DNA of 64,000 nucleotides from Armatimonadota bacterium (GCA_037444405.1 JBBIML010000010.1:32001-96000), one strand, 5' to 3'; shown: positions 1 through 11,001, counted from the first letter of the stretch. Numbers and translations: made by a program. The notes: generated by a model not told the origin, from the letters alone.

Positions 1-21
1 CGCATTCATGGAGATGGCGTT

Positions 22-774
22 ATGACACAACGCGACGCGGTGATAAGGGTGATGGAGGAAAACGGCGGCTACGCCACGCTTGTCTTTCTATACGAAAAAG
101 CGTTGCAGGTGCCGGGTGTTAAGTGGAACACGAAAACACCCTACGCAACCATCTGCAGGATTGTTCAGGATTCAAGATTCTTTTTCAAGGTGAAGCCTGG
201 GCTATGGGCGTTAAACTCCTGTAGAGATAAACTACCGCGCGAAATTATCTCTCTGCTCGACGAATCGGCAGAGGAAACAGAGAGAGCCGCGTCAGGCAGG
301 CAGTCTGCCCACTCTTATTATCAGGGATTGCTTGTTCAGATTGGCAATTTTGAAGGATATGAGACATATGTGCCACCCCAGGATAGAAATAAAGTCGTTC
401 CTGGCTTGAACCAGAAACTCGGCGAACTGATAAAGATATCTGATTTTCCATCGTTTACTTATCAGGATATATTGCAGAGAGTGAAATTTATTGATGTATT
501 TTGGTTCAACAAAAGCGGATTTCCAGCGCGTGTTTTTGAAATAGAGAATACGACGGATTTTAGCCATGCTTTAGCCAGGTTTGTGGAGCTGCAGGACTTC
601 AGGGTGCAGATGTATATTGTTGCTCCCAAAGAAAGATATCAGGAGTTTCAAGATAGGTTAGCATATCGAGCGTTCAATCCTGTCAAGAACAGCGTCTGCT
701 TCCTTTCGTATGATGAAGTGGCGGTGTGGCATGAAAACTCTTATAAGTTGTATCGCACCCGACCTACTGGCTGA
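22..774 (+). CDS. HARE-HTH-like N-terminus fused to PD-(D/E)xK restriction-endonuclease-like domain
   Basis: N-term 'TKTPYATICRIVQ..F.K..PG.WAL'; C-term 'IDVFWF...VFEIENTT'; GGAG RBS; lower GC. Confidence 0.6.
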   Translation: MTQRDAVIRVMEENGGYATLVFLYEKALQVPGVKWNTKTPYATICRIVQDSRFFFKVKPGLWALNSCRDKLPREIISLLDESAEETERAASGRQSAHSYYQGLLVQIGNFEGYETYVPPQDRNKVVPGLNQKLGELIKISDFPSFTYQDILQRVKFIDVFWFNKSGFPARVFEIENTTDFSHALARFVELQDFRVQMYIVAPKERYQEFQDRLAYRAFNPVKNSVCFLSYDEVAVWHENSYKLYRTRPTG

Positions 775-911
775 AAAGCTGAGCGCGCTGCAGGGAAAGC
801 ATGTTTGAAAGACAGGTGAGCGTCCATCCAGTGGCACTGTTTTCCAATGGGGTATAATCCCTGTTGGCTCTCGCTGGGGAGAGCCAGACACTGAGCGAGG
901 AGGTGAGTTTG

Positions 912-1994
912 ATGGACTTTATGCCGATTCGGCGAATCGACCATGTGCGCTTCTTCGTGAGCAACGCGAAGCAAGCGGCGTACTTCTATCGCACCATGTT
1001 CGGCTTCGATGTGGTGGCGTACGCGGGACTGGAGACCGGTGTTCGACATGAAGCCTCCTATGTGCTGCAGCAGAATGAGATCCGCTTCGTTATCACCGCG
1101 CCTTACAAGGGCGATCATCCCAAAGCCGACTGGCTGGTGAAGCATGGCGACGGCGTGTGCGATGTCGCCTTCGAGGTGGAGGATGTCGCCCACGCCTACA
1201 GCGAGGCGGTGCGACGCGGCGCACGCGGCTGTCAGGAGCCAACCGTCATTAAGGATGACGACGGCGAGGTGCATCTGGCTTCCATCCACACCTACGGCGA
1301 TGTGATCCACACCTTCATCAACCGCGACCGCTATAAGGGCGTCTTCATGCCAGGCTTCAGGGAGATGTACGAACCCGGCGAGCCTATCGGCGTGAAGGAG
1401 ATCGACCATATCGTCGGCAATGTGGAACTCGGCAAGATGAACTACTGGGTCGACTTCTATCGCGAGGTGATGGGCTTCGAGCTGCTGGTTCACTTCTCTG
1501 ACCAGGACATCAGCACCGAGTATTCCGCGCTGATGTCGAAGGTGGTGCAGGACGGTCGTGGCAAGATCAAACTGCCCATCAACGAGCCTGCCGAAGGACG
1601 CCGCAAATCGCAGATCGAGGAGTATCTGGAGTACAACGCTGGACCGGGCGTCCAGCATATCGCCCTGCTGACCGACAACATCCTTGAGACGATGCGCCAC
1701 CTGCGAGCGCGCGGAATGAAGTTCATCTATGTGCCGCAGACCTATTATGAGGACCTGCCGAACCGTGTCGGCATGATCGACGAGGACATTCGGGCGCTGG
1801 CGGAGCTGGGCATCCTGGTCGACCGCGACGAGGAGGGCTATCTGCTGCAGACCTTCACCAAGACGGTGCAGGATCGCCCGACGCTCTTCTTTGAGATTAT
1901 CCAGCGCAAGGGTTCGCGCGGCTTCGGCAAGGGCAACTTCAAGGCGCTCTTCGAAGCCATCGAGCGCGAGCAGGCACTGCGCGGGAATCTGTGA
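912..1994 (+). CDS. hppD: 4-hydroxyphenylpyruvate dioxygenase
   Basis: IDHIVGN, SQIEEYL, GVQHIAL, FFEIIQRKG..GFGKGNF motifs; AGGAGGT RBS before ATG 912. Confidence 0.95.
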   Translation: MDFMPIRRIDHVRFFVSNAKQAAYFYRTMFGFDVVAYAGLETGVRHEASYVLQQNEIRFVITAPYKGDHPKADWLVKHGDGVCDVAFEVEDVAHAYSEAVRRGARGCQEPTVIKDDDGEVHLASIHTYGDVIHTFINRDRYKGVFMPGFREMYEPGEPIGVKEIDHIVGNVELGKMNYWVDFYREVMGFELLVHFSDQDISTEYSALMSKVVQDGRGKIKLPINEPAEGRRKSQIEEYLEYNAGPGVQHIALLTDNILETMRHLRARGMKFIYVPQTYYEDLPNRVGMIDEDIRALAELGILVDRDEEGYLLQTFTKTVQDRPTLFFEIIQRKGSRGFGKGNFKALFEAIEREQALRGNL

Positions 1995-3733
1995 AGATGA
2001 TCACGCTGGCGGAGCGCGGGCGAGCAAAGATGCCAATCCTGGTTCAGGTGGGTGCAACGCCCGCTGAACGCCATGCAGCGGACGAGCTGCGCCTGCACCT
2101 TGACCAGATCACGGGCGCATCGTTTGAGCTGCGGGAGGTGGTCCCTGCAAACCTGCCTCCCGCAGCAATTATTGTTGGCGTGGGCGAGGTCGCGCGGCGA
2201 CTCTTCCCGAATGTGGCGTGGGACAGCCTGGGCGGCGAGGAGGTGGTGATGCGCACGCGCGAACGCTATCTCTTGCTGACGGGCGGGCGACCGCGCGGCA
2301 CGCTCTATGCCGTCTATCGCTTCCTGCACACCTTCTGCGGCGTGCGCTGGTGGACGCCGTGGGCAAGCACCATCCCGCGCCGACGCACCCTGCGAATCCC
2401 CGCGCTGAACATCAACGAACAGCCCGCTTTCGAGTATCGCGAGCCGTTCTGGTATCACACCTTTGACGGCGACTGGGCGGCTCGCAACTACTATAACGGG
2501 CATCACGCCCGCCTTGACGAGACGCGCGGCGGCAAAATTCAATATGTGGGCTTCGTGCATACCTTCTACGCGCTCGTGCCCCCACAGGAATACTTTCCCC
2601 GACATCCTGAATGGTTCAGCCTTATCGACGGCAAGCGCCAGTGGGAGCGCGCCCAGCTTTGCACCACGAATCCCCAGCTGCGGGCGTTTCTGGTGGAGCG
2701 CGTGCGCGAATGGCTGAAGGCGAACCCGCAGGCAAGCATCGTGTCCATCTCCCAGAACGACTGGACAGGCGCGTGCCAGTGCGACGCCTGCCGCGCCATC
2801 GACGAGCGGGAGGGCACGCCCGCCGCTTCAGTGCTGACGATGGTCAACTATATCGCCGAGCAGCTGGAGCGGGAGTTCCCATCGGTCGCCTTCGATACGC
2901 TGGCGTACTGGTACACGCGCCGCGCACCCAGAACGATCCGCCCGCGCCCGAATGTGATTGTGCGCCTCTGCTCCATCGAGTGCAACTTCGCGCAACCGCT
3001 GGAGCATCCGAGCAATGCCGAGTTCGCCCGCGACATCCGCGACTGGAGCCGACTGACCAATCGCCTCTATGTGTGGGACTACACCACCAACTTCGCCCAC
3101 TACATCATGCCGCATCCGAACTGGTTCTCGCTCGGACCGAATGTGCGCTTCTTTCATCGGCACGGCGTGCGCGGGCTGTTCGAGCAGGGCGCGTATCAGT
3201 CGCATGGCGCGGAGATGGCGGAGCTGCGCGCGTGGGTGCTGGCGCAACTGCTGTGGAACCCCTATCAGGACGACCGCCAGCTGATTGACGAGTTTCTGCG
3301 CGGCTATTATGGCGGAGCCGCTCGCTCCATTCGCGACTATATGCGCCTGATGCACGAGGCGGCGGAGGAGTTCTATATGGGCTGTTTCACGGCGCCCGAC
3401 AAAGCGCCCTATCTGCGCTATGCGGTGCTATCGCGCGCCGAGCAGTTATGGGAGCGCGCGGAGCGGGCGGTGCGCAATAATCCCGACCTGCGCTGGCGCG
3501 TGCAGATTGCGCGACTGCCTCTCTGGTACGCCTGGCTGGTCAACTGGGATCGCCTCCGTCAGGAGTGCGAGCAATCGGGCGCGAAATGGGTGATGCCCCT
3601 CACCAGACAGCAACTGGCGCAAAGATGGCTGGAGATAGCCACCGGCGACGGTCCCCGGGGCTGGTCGCGCATCACCCATGTGAACGAGGGCGGGCTGACC
3701 CCTGAAAAGTTCGTGGAGGGGCTAAGAGGTTAG
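1991..3733 (+). CDS. DUF4838 domain protein (glycoside-hydrolase-like)
   Basis: GGRPRGTLYAVY.FL...GVRWW, PAFEYRE, QLCTTNP, SISQND; overlaps hppD stop. Confidence 0.75.
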   Translation: MKMITLAERGRAKMPILVQVGATPAERHAADELRLHLDQITGASFELREVVPANLPPAAIIVGVGEVARRLFPNVAWDSLGGEEVVMRTRERYLLLTGGRPRGTLYAVYRFLHTFCGVRWWTPWASTIPRRRTLRIPALNINEQPAFEYREPFWYHTFDGDWAARNYYNGHHARLDETRGGKIQYVGFVHTFYALVPPQEYFPRHPEWFSLIDGKRQWERAQLCTTNPQLRAFLVERVREWLKANPQASIVSISQNDWTGACQCDACRAIDEREGTPAASVLTMVNYIAEQLEREFPSVAFDTLAYWYTRRAPRTIRPRPNVIVRLCSIECNFAQPLEHPSNAEFARDIRDWSRLTNRLYVWDYTTNFAHYIMPHPNWFSLGPNVRFFHRHGVRGLFEQGAYQSHGAEMAELRAWVLAQLLWNPYQDDRQLIDEFLRGYYGGAARSIRDYMRLMHEAAEEFYMGCFTAPDKAPYLRYAVLSRAEQLWERAERAVRNNPDLRWRVQIARLPLWYAWLVNWDRLRQECEQSGAKWVMPLTRQQLAQRWLEIATGDGPRGWSRITHVNEGGLTPEKFVEGLRG

Positions 3734-3829
3734 TCTTTTCCGCCCTTTGCGACACCAGCCTATCCTGATTGACAGGAGGCTCTAACTCCCCCTGTGGACA
3801 GCCACTGCCGAACTGGAACTTATATCTAT

Positions 3830-3873
3830 TATCTCATGCGCTATCATCTTCTATCTCATGCGCTATCATCTTC
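3830..3873. repeat. perfect 22-bp tandem duplication spanning the pckA stop
   Basis: tatctcatgcgctatcatcttc at 3830-3851 and 3852-3873. Confidence 0.9.
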
Positions 3874-5442
3874 ATCGGCGGGGATGATGCGTTCCAGATG
3901 GGCGTGCATCTGCTCCGCCAGCCAGTGCGCCTTCTGGTCATAAGCGGCTTTGTCCTGCCAGGTGTCGCGCGGGTTCAGCAGCTCGGCGGGCACATCGGGG
4001 CAGGCGGTGGGCACCTCCAGATCGAAGATGGGGTCTTTGTGGTAGGGCACGGCGTCGAGGGCACCCTGCATCGCTGCCCGAATCATCGCGCGGGTGTAGC
4101 GGATGGGGATTCGCGTGCCGACGCCGTACGCGCCGCCCGTCCAGCCCGTGTTGACCAGCCACGCCTGCGCGGTGTGGCGCTCCAGCCGCTCGCCCAGCAT
4201 CTGCGCGTAGCGGCTCGGATGCATCGGCAGGAACGGTGCACCGAAGCACGCACTGAAGGTCATCTGCGGCTCGGTGATGCCCCGCTCCGTGCCCGCCACC
4301 TTTGCCGTGTAGCCCAGTAAAAACATCTCCATCGCCTGCTCGATGCTCAATCGGCTGATTGGCGGCAACACGCCAAACGCATCGCATGCCAGGAAAAACA
4401 GATGCTGGGGATGACCCGCCACGCTCGGGATCACCGCGTTCGCGATATAGTCCAGTGGGTACGCCGCGCGCGTGTTCTCGGTGATGGAGTCGTCGTCATA
4501 GTTCGGCTCGCGCGTTTCGGGATCCACCACCACATTCTCCACCACACTGCCAAACCGAATGGCGTTCCAGATTTGCGGTTCGTTCTCGCGCGAGAGCCGA
4601 ATGCACTTGGCGTAGCAGCCCCCTTCGAAGTTGAAGATGCCGTCGTCGGTCCAGCCGTGTTCGTCATCGCCGACGAGTCGGCGTTGCGGGTCCGCGGAGA
4701 GCGAGGTTTTGCCCGTGCCGCTCAGCCCGAAAAAGAGCGCGACATCGCCTGATGCGCCTACATTCGCCGAGCAGTGCATCGGAAAGACGCCCCGCAACGG
4801 CAGCAGAAAGTTCATCACCGTGAAGATAGATTTTTTAATCTCACCCGCATACGCCGTGCCTGCAATCAGCACGAGGCGCCGCCGAAAGTCGAGCGCAATC
4901 ACCACCTCGCTACGCGTGCCATCAATCGCGGGGTCGGTCTTGAAGCCCGGCGCCGACAGCACGGTGAACGCGGGACGAAAATTCGCCAGCTCTTCACGCG
5001 CAGGGCGGATAAAAAGCTGTTTGGCGAACAGACTGTGCCAGGCATATTCGGTGATGACGCGCACGGGCAGGCGGTAGCGCGGATCTGCGCCGGCGAAGCA
5101 GTCCTGCACATAGAGCGGGCGATTGCACAGGTACGCCGTGACGCGCATCAGCAGCGCCTCAAAGACGGCTGGCTCCATTCGCTGATTGACCGCGCCCCAG
5201 TCGATAAGCGACTCATATTCGGGGCGAGCCACCACGAACTTGTCTCTGGGGGAGCGTCCCGTGTATCTGCCCGTGCGCACCACGAGGGAGCCGTTCGAAG
5301 CTAACTGCGCCTCCCCACGCATCACTGCATGCTCCACCAGCGCCGCCACCGAAAGATTGTGATAAAGGGGTGCCGCCTGACCCAGTAACTGGTCGATTTG
5401 CGGGTTGTCCACCACCTGCGCCATTTCGATCTCGGTTAGCAT
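3856..5442 (-). CDS. pckA: phosphoenolpyruvate carboxykinase (ATP)
   Basis: [51 protein letters not shown]. Confidence 0.95.
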   Translation of the reverse strand: MLTEIEMAQVVDNPQIDQLLGQAAPLYHNLSVAALVEHAVMRGEAQLASNGSLVVRTGRYTGRSPRDKFVVARPEYESLIDWGAVNQRMEPAVFEALLMRVTAYLCNRPLYVQDCFAGADPRYRLPVRVITEYAWHSLFAKQLFIRPAREELANFRPAFTVLSAPGFKTDPAIDGTRSEVVIALDFRRRLVLIAGTAYAGEIKKSIFTVMNFLLPLRGVFPMHCSANVGASGDVALFFGLSGTGKTSLSADPQRRLVGDDEHGWTDDGIFNFEGGCYAKCIRLSRENEPQIWNAIRFGSVVENVVVDPETREPNYDDDSITENTRAAYPLDYIANAVIPSVAGHPQHLFFLACDAFGVLPPISRLSIEQAMEMFLLGYTAKVAGTERGITEPQMTFSACFGAPFLPMHPSRYAQMLGERLERHTAQAWLVNTGWTGGAYGVGTRIPIRYTRAMIRAAMQGALDAVPYHKDPIFDLEVPTACPDVPAELLNPRDTWQDKAAYDQKAHWLAEQMHAHLERIIPADEDDSA

Positions 5443-5624
5443 CGCTCCATTCCTCCAGTGTAGCTCGGCTTTGAGTGGGGGCGAACGCTCCGCCCCACGA
5501 TGCCTGCTGCCGCCTTGCAGACCACAGCAAGTATACCCCAGTCGAGGGGGGTAGACTCTTTGCATGAGCCTTGAGGAGCGATGGTGGACGGCGCTGGAAG
5601 CGCTGTGGCGGGCGGTGCAGAGCG

Positions 5625-5870
5625 ATGGCGACCTACCGCTGGGATGAGTTGAAAGCGCGGCATCGGCAGGTGCATCAGATATTGTTGCGCAACGGCAGTT
5701 TGAAGCGGCTGCCCCGCACGCGCCCGCGCGACCCTAACGAGGAAGCCCTGCTCATTCAGATTGCCGTTCAGCGCATTCGGCGCGCCCGCGCCGAAGGGTG
5801 GCTGATCCGATGCGGCGACCGGCGCTGGCGCCTGTGCTTCGACAAAAGCCCCCATCAGGGGGTACAATAA
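5625..5870 (+). CDS. small basic hypothetical protein
   Basis: 81-aa ORF filling the pckA-dnaN gap; no family recognised. Confidence 0.45.
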   Translation: MATYRWDELKARHRQVHQILLRNGSLKRLPRTRPRDPNEEALLIQIAVQRIRRARAEGWLIRCGDRRWRLCFDKSPHQGVQ

Positions 5871-5896
5871 TCCCCACAGAGGAGAGGAGGACACGG

Positions 5897-6985
5897 ATGA
5901 AACTGCAATGCAATCGGAAGCAGCTGGATGATGCACTGAGCGTTGTGGCGCCGGCGGCGGCAACCCGCTCCACTTTGCCAATCTTGAGCCACCTCTATCT
6001 GGAGGCTCAGGACGACAGCCTGCGCCTGATCGGGAGCGACCTCGAACAGTGGGTTGAGTGCCGAATCCCCGCGATTGTGGGCGAGACGGGCGCCACTACC
6101 GTCAGCGCGAAGCTCATCGCCGACCTGATCGGCTCGCTCAACACCGAGGAGGTCAATCTGGAAACGGGCGATCGCAACCAGCTGATTGTTCAGGCGGGTG
6201 AATCGCGCTATCAGCTGGTGGGGCTGCCCGCTGACCAGTACCCGCCTGTGCCAGAGCTGGAAGACAGCACCCAGATTGTTGTGCCCGCGCCGCTCTTTCG
6301 CGAGATGGTCGACTCGGTGGAGTTCGCCGTCTCCCGCGAGGAGGTGCGCCTGACCCTGACGGGCATCCGCATGGAGTATAGCGGCGCGAACCTGCGCATG
6401 GTGGCGACCGACACGCATCGGCTGGCGGTGCGCGACGCCGAGATTGGCGGCGACGGCGAGCCAGTCAGCGCGATTGTGCCCCTCAAGGCGATTCAGCTCC
6501 TGCCCCGTTTGCCCGCCTCCGAGACCTTCACCATCCAGCTGGGCACGCAGCGAGCCGCCTTCTACGGCGAGAACGCCAGCGTCGTCACCCAGCTCATCGA
6601 GGGGCAGTACCCGAACTATCAGCGGGTCATCCCGCAGGAGTACACGCGCCGCTGGGTGCTGATGGTCGACGAGTTCCGCGATGCGCTGCGCCGCGCCTAC
6701 CTCATCGCCAAAAGCAACGCGAACAAGGTCTACCTGCGCACCGAGGGCGAGAAGCTGGTCATCACCGCGCAGGGCGACGCCGGCGAGGCGAAGGAAGCCG
6801 TCGATCTGGTGCGTGAGGGTGACGACCTCGAAATCGCCTTCAACGCCCGCTACCTGCTCGATGTGCTGGAGGTGCTGGAGAGCGAGGGCGTCGCCATCGA
6901 ACTCACGGAGGCGTTGCGACCCGCCGTGTTCAAGCCTGCCGACCGCAGCGACTACCTGTGCGTGATTATGCCGATGGCGCTGTGA
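5897..6985 (+). CDS. dnaN: DNA polymerase III beta clamp
   Basis: STLPILS, GSDLE, VATDTHRL, QLIEGQYPNYQRVIP, AFNARYLLD, C-terminal IMPM; AGGAGG RBS. Confidence 0.95.
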   Translation: MKLQCNRKQLDDALSVVAPAAATRSTLPILSHLYLEAQDDSLRLIGSDLEQWVECRIPAIVGETGATTVSAKLIADLIGSLNTEEVNLETGDRNQLIVQAGESRYQLVGLPADQYPPVPELEDSTQIVVPAPLFREMVDSVEFAVSREEVRLTLTGIRMEYSGANLRMVATDTHRLAVRDAEIGGDGEPVSAIVPLKAIQLLPRLPASETFTIQLGTQRAAFYGENASVVTQLIEGQYPNYQRVIPQEYTRRWVLMVDEFRDALRRAYLIAKSNANKVYLRTEGEKLVITAQGDAGEAKEAVDLVREGDDLEIAFNARYLLDVLEVLESEGVAIELTEALRPAVFKPADRSDYLCVIMPMAL

Positions 6986-8079
6986 TGGAGCCTGTTATCG
7001 ATCTGGGGCGGGTGCAGCGGCTGCTGATCCTGAAGGTCTCCTCGATGGGCGATATCGTGCATGCGTCGCCCGTCGCCGCCGCGCTGAAGCGGGCTTACCC
7101 ACACCTGATCATCGGCTGGGTGGTGGAAGACCGCTACGCGGGCGTGATCGCCGATTCGCCCTGCATCGATCGGCTCCATATCGTGCCGTGCCGCCTGCTG
7201 CGCGAGCGTCCGTTTCGCCGCGAGTGGTGGCGAGCCGTCCGCCAGCTCATCGGCGAGATTCGCGCCGAGCGGTATCAGGTCGCGCTGGACCTGCAGGGTC
7301 TGCTCAAAAGTGCCCTCTGGGGCGTGCTGGGCGGTGTGCCCATGCGATTCGGGGCGCACCGCATGCGCGAGGGCACGCCCCTGCTGATGAAACGCCTGCC
7401 CATCCCCGACCGACCCGACTGGCATGTGGTGCTGCAATATCTGGAGGCGGTCCGCTGGCTGGGCGTGGAGCCTGCCCTGCCCGTGGAGTTCCCGCTGGTC
7501 ATTCCTGAAGAAGCGCATCAGAGCGCGCGGGCGATGCTCCAACAGGTGGGCGCGACGGGCGCCTTCATCTCACTGAACCCCTCCGCAGGCAGGGAGTGGA
7601 AACGCTGGGCGATTGAAAAGTTCGCCGATCTGTCCGACCGCATCGAAGCCGAGCTGGAGCTGCCCGCCGTGTTCATCGGCGGCGCGAGCGATAAACCGTT
7701 AGAAGAGAAGCTGCGCACGCTCAAAAAACGCCCGCTGCGCAGTCTCATCGGGCGCACCACGCTCAAGCAGGCAATGGCGGTCGTGACTCAATCGGCACTC
7801 CATCTATCTGGCGACACGGGCACAGCGCATATCGCGGCGGCGTTCGGCACGCCCTGCGTCGCGCTCTACGGACCCACCAGCCCCGACCGCACAGGTCCGT
7901 TCGGGCAGCGCGAGCGCGTGCTGTACAAACGCCCTCTGTGCCGCCAGTGCCCACCCGACCGCTGCCTGGCGCACGAATGCCTGCAGTGGATTACGGTGGA
8001 CGAGGTGCTGGAGCGCGTGCGCCAGACCCTGCACTGTGCCACGCCAATCCACTCGCAAGCCCCCATTGAACCGCCATGA
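6985..8079 (+). CDS. GT9 LPS heptosyltransferase (WaaC/WaaF-like)
   Basis: ILKVSSMGDIVH, DLQGLLKS, KRW, GDTGTAHIAAA, LYGPT. Confidence 0.9.
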   Translation: MEPVIDLGRVQRLLILKVSSMGDIVHASPVAAALKRAYPHLIIGWVVEDRYAGVIADSPCIDRLHIVPCRLLRERPFRREWWRAVRQLIGEIRAERYQVALDLQGLLKSALWGVLGGVPMRFGAHRMREGTPLLMKRLPIPDRPDWHVVLQYLEAVRWLGVEPALPVEFPLVIPEEAHQSARAMLQQVGATGAFISLNPSAGREWKRWAIEKFADLSDRIEAELELPAVFIGGASDKPLEEKLRTLKKRPLRSLIGRTTLKQAMAVVTQSALHLSGDTGTAHIAAAFGTPCVALYGPTSPDRTGPFGQRERVLYKRPLCRQCPPDRCLAHECLQWITVDEVLERVRQTLHCATPIHSQAPIEPP

Positions 8080-8810
8080 AGACCACCAATCACTCGATGG
8101 TGAATGTGCTGTGTATGAAGTGGGGCACACTCTATCCGCCCGACTATGTGAATCGGCTCTACTCGATGGTGGCACGCAACCTTTCGTTGCCGTTCCGGTT
8201 CGTCTGCTTCACGGACGATCCCGACGGGATTCGTCCCGAAGTGGAAACGCGCCCGATTCCCGCAATTGATTTGCCCGTGCCGCCCGGGCGCTGGCTTAAG
8301 CAGCGCGTGTTCGTGTCGCCCCTCCATGACCTGCAGGGTACTGCGCTTTTCCTCGATCTCGATATCGTGATTGTCGCGCCGATCGATGCATTCTTTAGCG
8401 TGCCCGGTGAGTTCCTGATTATAGAGGACTGGAAGCGTAAAGGGCGGCACATCGGCAACTCGTCCGTGTTTCGGTTCGAAATCGGGCAACATAGCGACCT
8501 GCTGGACGAGTTCCGGCAGCAAGCAGACGCCATCACGCGCCGATTTGTGAACGAACAGGAATATCTGACCGATTTTATGTATCGAAAAGGCGTGCTGCAT
8601 TACTGGCCCGAGGGCTGGTGCGTGAGTTATAAGCATCACTGCCTGCCACCCTTTCCTTACAATCTGTTTCGCAACCCCGTGATCCCTCAAGGGAGCAAAA
8701 TTATTGTGTTTCATGGTCATCCGAAGCCGCATGAAGCGCTGTTGGGCAAGCCAAAGAACCTTTTCAAGCAGATGCGCCCTGCTCGCTGGATTGCTGACCA
8801 CTGGCGTTAG
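8076..8810 (+). CDS. GT-A fold glycosyltransferase
   Basis: CMKWGTLY...YVNRLY, FVCFTD, FLDLD, NSSVFRF, VFHGHPKP. Confidence 0.75.
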   Translation: MKTTNHSMVNVLCMKWGTLYPPDYVNRLYSMVARNLSLPFRFVCFTDDPDGIRPEVETRPIPAIDLPVPPGRWLKQRVFVSPLHDLQGTALFLDLDIVIVAPIDAFFSVPGEFLIIEDWKRKGRHIGNSSVFRFEIGQHSDLLDEFRQQADAITRRFVNEQEYLTDFMYRKGVLHYWPEGWCVSYKHHCLPPFPYNLFRNPVIPQGSKIIVFHGHPKPHEALLGKPKNLFKQMRPARWIADHWR

Positions 8811-9806
8811 CAGGATCGGTGCCGTCAGGGGGCGCCTCGGCAGCCGCGGGCGCGAGCGAAGGCACGGCTTCGGTTAGCGCATAGGGTATTGGGAGCGGTT
8901 CTTGAGGGAGGTAGCGCCTCCACAACAGCCATCCCGCCACTGGCAGCAAGCCGAAAGGCAGCATCCACACACCCTGCCAGCGCACCGCCGAATCGTTCAC
9001 CAGCCAGCAATCGGTGATAAAGACCGTTAGCATGCTCAGATGGATAAAAGCAGCCCAGCCGAACAGGTTGCCCTGTAGCAGATACCGCCCCAACCAGTAG
9101 CCCAGCGCTGCGATAACCAAGAAGCCCAGCCCGTAGGCGGTCAGATTCTCACCCATTTCTGCCCACGAGCCAGCGCCGATCAAGGTAGCGGGTGTAAATA
9201 GCGCAGCGAGCATCAGCACCCGCCAGAAGGAGCGCAGGTAGCTGTGATAGATGCCCGCTGCCCCAATTAGCACCAGACCGCCCAGCACGGTCAGAAAGCC
9301 TGCCAGAGCGACGCCCTCCAGCCACAAATGGTTCGCATGCAGGCTCGGCACACCTTCAGAGGAGGCATAGTTGAGCAGCCCCACCACCAGCGCAAGCAGA
9401 TAGACCACGATCAGGCTTTCAGATAGGGCGCGCGGATGGCGCAACGGCGAATCAGCGGGCAGCTCGCGCCACGCGGATGGCTTCAGCCAGACCGAAAGCG
9501 GCACCAGATGTGGCAAATACAATCGCCACCATAACGGCTCCATGTTCGCATAGCAACCGACCAGCAAACCACCAGATAATGCTTGGCGTTCGAGTCGCTT
9601 TCGAACACCACCGAGCTGCGCCAGCCTTTAAGGTTGATTTGCAGATCCAACTGCTTGAGGGCAGATTCGCCGATTTGCAATGCCTGCTGGGGAGTGATGC
9701 GCAGCTGAATGCTGGCTTCGGGAAACGCCCGCGAATAGAGTCGCCAGAACACCAGCGCACCTGATAAGCCCACAATCAGCCACGCCAGTAACTCCAGCCT
9801 GCGCAC
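8764..9806 (-). pseudogene. split / internally deleted membrane protein gene
   Basis: N-terminal piece 9806-9483 (TM helix, AFPEASI) and multi-TM piece 9567-8764 are in different frames. Confidence 0.5.
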
Positions 9807-9857
9807 GGCATAAGAATATACCCACTTCACCTGCAGGCAGGTAAACTTTAGCGCGGG

Positions 9858-10967
9858 ATGCGTCTTATCATTCGGGCAACAAGGGCGAGCTATCGGCAGG
9901 TGCCCATCTGGCGAACGGTTTCGGAACGGTTGCCAGCGGAGCCGCTCATGCTGACTGGCGCGGGCGAACCCATCCCGGCGCAGGTGGTGGAGCGGGATGG
10001 CAAACGCTGGCTGGTCTGGATCGAACCTGACCTGCCACGCGGCAGCCAGAAGCGGTACGAGCTGCGCGCCGCATCCGAAGTCCCACAGGGCTTCGAAGCG
10101 AAACAGAGCGAGAGCGCCGTCACCATCCACTGGCGCGGGCAGCCCTTCACAGCGTATGTCTATCGCGGCGCGCCCAAGCCCTATCTCTACCCGCTCTACG
10201 CACCCAACGGCAAGCCCCTCACGCGCCACTTCCCCATGCAGATTGTGCCGGGCGAATCGATGGATCACCCGCACCACCGCTCCGTCTGGTTCACGCACGG
10301 CGAGGTGAACGGCGTCGACTTCTGGGCGGAAGGCGCGGGCAAGGGCACGATTGTCCATCGCCAGATCGAGCGCGTGGAGGCGGGCGCCGTGCTGGCGCGA
10401 ATCGTGGCGCACAACGACTGGCTCGCGCCCGACGGCAAAAAAGTGTGTGCCGAAACAACCGAGATTATCGCCTACCGCACGCCCGACTTCGGCTGGCTCG
10501 ATTACCGCATCACGCTGATTGCCAGCGAGGGCGAGGTGCGATTCGGCGACACCAAAGAGGGCACTTTCGGCATCCGCGTCGCCTCCAGTATGGAGGTCAA
10601 ACGCGGGACGGGCGGGCAAATCGTCACCGCCGCTGGTCAGCGCGACCGCGACGCATGGGGCAAACGCGCCGAATGGTGCGACTACACCGGACCCGTCGAA
10701 GGCGAAATCGTCGGTATTGCCGTCTTTGACCATCCCGACAACCTGCGCCATCCGACCTACTGGCATGTGCGCGATTATGGGCTGTTCGCGGCGAACCCGT
10801 TCGGCGTCCACGACTTTGTGCCCGGCACGCCGAAAGGCACGGGCGACTACCGACTCGCACGCGGCGAGCAGCTCATCCTCCGCTACCGCCTCTGCCTGCA
10901 CAAAGGGCGCACCGAGCAGGCAGGCATCGCCCAGCACTATGAAGCCTATCAACACCCACCTGAATGA
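9858..10967 (+). CDS. PmoA-family (DUF6807) protein
   Basis: KPYLYP, DHPHHRSVWF.HG.VNG.DFW, KEG.FGIRV, WHVRDYGLFAANPFG. Confidence 0.8.
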   Translation: MRLIIRATRASYRQVPIWRTVSERLPAEPLMLTGAGEPIPAQVVERDGKRWLVWIEPDLPRGSQKRYELRAASEVPQGFEAKQSESAVTIHWRGQPFTAYVYRGAPKPYLYPLYAPNGKPLTRHFPMQIVPGESMDHPHHRSVWFTHGEVNGVDFWAEGAGKGTIVHRQIERVEAGAVLARIVAHNDWLAPDGKKVCAETTEIIAYRTPDFGWLDYRITLIASEGEVRFGDTKEGTFGIRVASSMEVKRGTGGQIVTAAGQRDRDAWGKRAEWCDYTGPVEGEIVGIAVFDHPDNLRHPTYWHVRDYGLFAANPFGVHDFVPGTPKGTGDYRLARGEQLILRYRLCLHKGRTEQAGIAQHYEAYQHPPE

Positions 10968-11001
10968 CACGGGGTATAATCCCCCACAAGGAGGCTAACC
11001 G

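Noticed and set aside
5443..5896. oriC near dnaN
   Set aside because: No DnaA-box cluster or AT-rich unwinding element seen
9858..10967. Methane monooxygenase function
   Set aside because: Soluble protein with no TM helices and no pmoB/pmoC; the family name is misleading
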